DNA of 26,501 nt from IMG/VR virus record IMGVR_UViG_2698536418_000022. One strand, written 5' to 3'. Position 1 is the first letter of the stretch; every line of letters starts with the position of its first letter. This DNA is from a virus. Lineage: Duplodnaviria > Heunggongvirae > Uroviricota > Caudoviricetes. Positions 24,891 through 26,501 of the stretch are shown piece by piece. Under the pieces are notes generated by a model, which saw only the letters and a list, made by a program, of their open reading frames with translations, was not told the DNA's origin and searched no databases. The position numbers and the translations under genes were made by a program.

Positions 24891-25328
24891 ATGTCAGATA
24901 AACTTGAAAGGCGAATTGAGCGACTCGAAGGTGATTTATCGCTAACAAGAAACGACCTTGCGACGCTTACTGAACGCACTACAAACCTCTCAACCAAAGC
25001 TGATGTTGGTGAGGTGAAAGGTGAGCTCAAAGCAGACATTGCTCATCTGAAAGGTGATCTTAAATGCGATATTGCGAATCTAAAAGGTGAGCTTAAATCT
25101 GATACAGCTCACCTGAAAGAGCAGCTCAAATCAGACATTAACAGCCTGAAGGGTGAGCTTACCGAAGCGATGGATAAACGCTTTGACAAGATTATGGATG
25201 AGATGAATCGGCGGTTTGACAAGGTTGATGATAATACGAAGTGGCGTTGGAGTGGCATTATTGTGCCAGTATGCACAACCATTTTCACGGCGGCGGTTGC
25301 TGTATTTGTTGCTAAATTTGTTGGCTGA
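24891..25328 (+). CDS. tail-anchored coiled-coil membrane protein with tandem 11-residue repeats (145 aa; longer if an upstream start is used)
   Basis: ATG at 24891 has the best RBS (GGAGG); alternative in-frame ATGs at 24774, 24783, 24828. Five 11-aa repeats (LKGELKADIAH-type) and a C-terminal hydrophobic anchor IIVPVCTTIFTAAVAVFVAKFVG. Confidence 0.6.
   Translation: MSDKLERRIERLEGDLSLTRNDLATLTERTTNLSTKADVGEVKGELKADIAHLKGDLKCDIANLKGELKSDTAHLKEQLKSDINSLKGELTEAMDKRFDKIMDEMNRRFDKVDDNTKWRWSGIIVPVCTTIFTAAVAVFVAKFVG
25017..25160 (+). repeat. four and a half tandem copies of a 33 bp repeat inside the coiled-coil gene
   Basis: Copies beginning AAAGGTGAGCT... at 25017, 25050, 25083, 25116 and a partial copy at 25149; each encodes one 11-aa repeat in frame. 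Confidence 0.7.
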
Positions 25329-25437
25329 TGATCCACAAATTGACCACATCCCTGTTATTTGTTGTGGTTGGCTGTGTTTTTGTGTGTCTGTAAGTCTTTG
25401 ATAATTATCTAACTTATTGATTTTTGCTTGTGTTTAT

Positions 25438-25463
25438 GGCCGCTCTGCGGCCTTTTTTCTTTT
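25438..25463 (+). terminator. rho-independent terminator (plus strand) between the cargo genes and btuC
   Basis: Stem GGCCGC / GCGGCC with loop TCT, followed by TTTTTTCTTTT. Confidence 0.7.
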
Positions 25464-25520
25464 CACTGTCGAAGAGTCACCGTAAAATCAACGCCATGAC
25501 ACTTCAGCAGAACGGATACC

Positions 25521-26501
25521 ATGCTGACACTTGCCCGCCAACAACAGCGACAAAATATTCGCTGGTTATTATGCCTGTCAGTTTTGATGCTGCTGGCGCT
25601 TCTCTTAAGCCTTTGCGCCGGTGAACAATGGATCTCGCCAGGTGACTGGTTTACTCCTCGTGGCGAACTGTTCGTCTGGCAAATTCGCCTGCCACGTACG
25701 CTGGCTGTATTGCTGGTTGGTGCGGCGCTGGCTATATCCGGCGCTGTAATGCAGGCGTTGTTTGAAAATCCTCTGGCAGAACCTGGACTACTTGGCGTCT
25801 CTAACGGCGCAGGCGTGGGGCTTATCGCCGCGGTATTGCTTGGGCAAGGGCAACTCCCCAACTGGGCGCTAGGGCTGTGTGCGATTGCTGGCGCGCTTAT
25901 CATCACTTTAATACTCTTACGTTTCGCCCGTCGTCATCTTTCGACCAGTCGGTTATTGCTGGCTGGCGTTGCATTAGGGATTATCTGTAGCGCACTAATG
26001 ACGTGGGCTATCTACTTTTCCACCTCTGTTGATTTACGTCAGCTGATGTACTGGATGATGGGCGGTTTTGGCGGCGTAGACTGGCGGCAAAGCTGGCTGA
26101 TGCTGGCATTGATCCCCGTGTTGTTGTGGATCTGTTGTCAGTCCAGGCCGATGAATATGTTAGCACTTGGCGAGATCTCGGCGCGGCAACTGGGTTTACC
26201 CCTGTGGTTCTGGCGCAATGTGCTGGTGGCCGCGACCGGCTGGATGGTTGGCGTCAGTGTGGCGCTGGCGGGTGCTATCGGCTTTATTGGTCTGGTGATC
26301 CCACATATTCTTCGGTTGTGTGGTTTAACCGATCATCGCGTATTACTTCCCGGCTGCGCGCTGGCAGGGGCGAGCGCATTGCTGCTGGCCGATATTGTAG
26401 CGCGCCTGGCATTAGCTGCCGCAGAGCTGCCTATTGGCGTGGTCACCGCAACGTTGGGTGCGCCGGTGTTTATCTGGTTATTGTTAAAAGCAAGACGTTA
26501 G
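25521..26501 (+). CDS. btuC: vitamin B12 ABC transporter permease BtuC (host chromosomal gene)
   Basis: 326 aa, complete, N-terminus [15 protein letters not shown] and multi-TM FecCD-type permease features; recognised as Escherichia-type BtuC. Confidence 0.95.
   Translation: MLTLARQQQRQNIRWLLCLSVLMLLALLLSLCAGEQWISPGDWFTPRGELFVWQIRLPRTLAVLLVGAALAISGAVMQALFENPLAEPGLLGVSNGAGVGLIAAVLLGQGQLPNWALGLCAIAGALIITLILLRFARRHLSTSRLLLAGVALGIICSALMTWAIYFSTSVDLRQLMYWMMGGFGGVDWRQSWLMLALIPVLLWICCQSRPMNMLALGEISARQLGLPLWFWRNVLVAATGWMVGVSVALAGAIGFIGLVIPHILRLCGLTDHRVLLPGCALAGASALLLADIVARLALAAAELPIGVVTATLGAPVFIWLLLKARR

Larger units (their letters stand above)
1..25460. mobile_element. P2-like temperate prophage (left side truncated by window; right boundary near 25330-25460 uncertain)
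   Basis: Syntenic P2-type late operon, divergent terminase/portal, replication gene A, C repressor and tyrosine integrase, followed by host btuC. Left attachment site is outside the window. Confidence 0.85.

Noticed and set aside
1-26501. tRNA, rRNA, CRISPR array or IS element
   Set aside because: No tRNA-like cloverleaf or T-loop motif, no spacer-repeat array, and no transposase ORF or terminal inverted repeats were seen. The tandem repeats found are in-frame coding repeats or regulatory repeats.

Overview
The window is almost entirely a P2-like (myovirus, Peduovirus-type) temperate prophage in an Escherichia/Shigella-type chromosome, ending at the host vitamin B12 permease gene btuC (25521-26501). 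It is read in reverse relative to the canonical P2 map. Minus strand 437-10983 carries the late operon: tail fiber assembly, tail fiber H, baseplate I/J/W/V, S, R, a lysis cassette (o-spanin, i-spanin, endolysin, holin), X, L, M, N, O, mostly joined by ATGA/GTGA start-stop overlaps. Terminase P and portal Q diverge on the plus strand (11138-13935). The cos-proximal accessory region (13936-16408, where P2 carries old/tin) instead holds a plasmid-type parMR partition operon with upstream repeats, plus small genes and terminators. Replication gene A and an early operon of small genes run on the minus strand (16409-22855). Repressor C and integrase are on the plus strand (22952-24287), followed by two AT-rich cargo genes (24290-25328). 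The most interesting items are the parMR module in the accessory hotspot, the integrase-proximal two-gene cargo, and a Hin/Gin-type crossover site inside the tail fiber gene with a convergent second tail-fiber-assembly gene, indicating an invertible host-range cassette that continues past the window start. All homology calls rest on reading the translations and on recalled family features, not on database searches. Several ORF-track starts are non-ATG or N-terminally over-extended and were re-placed using RBS and overlap evidence.
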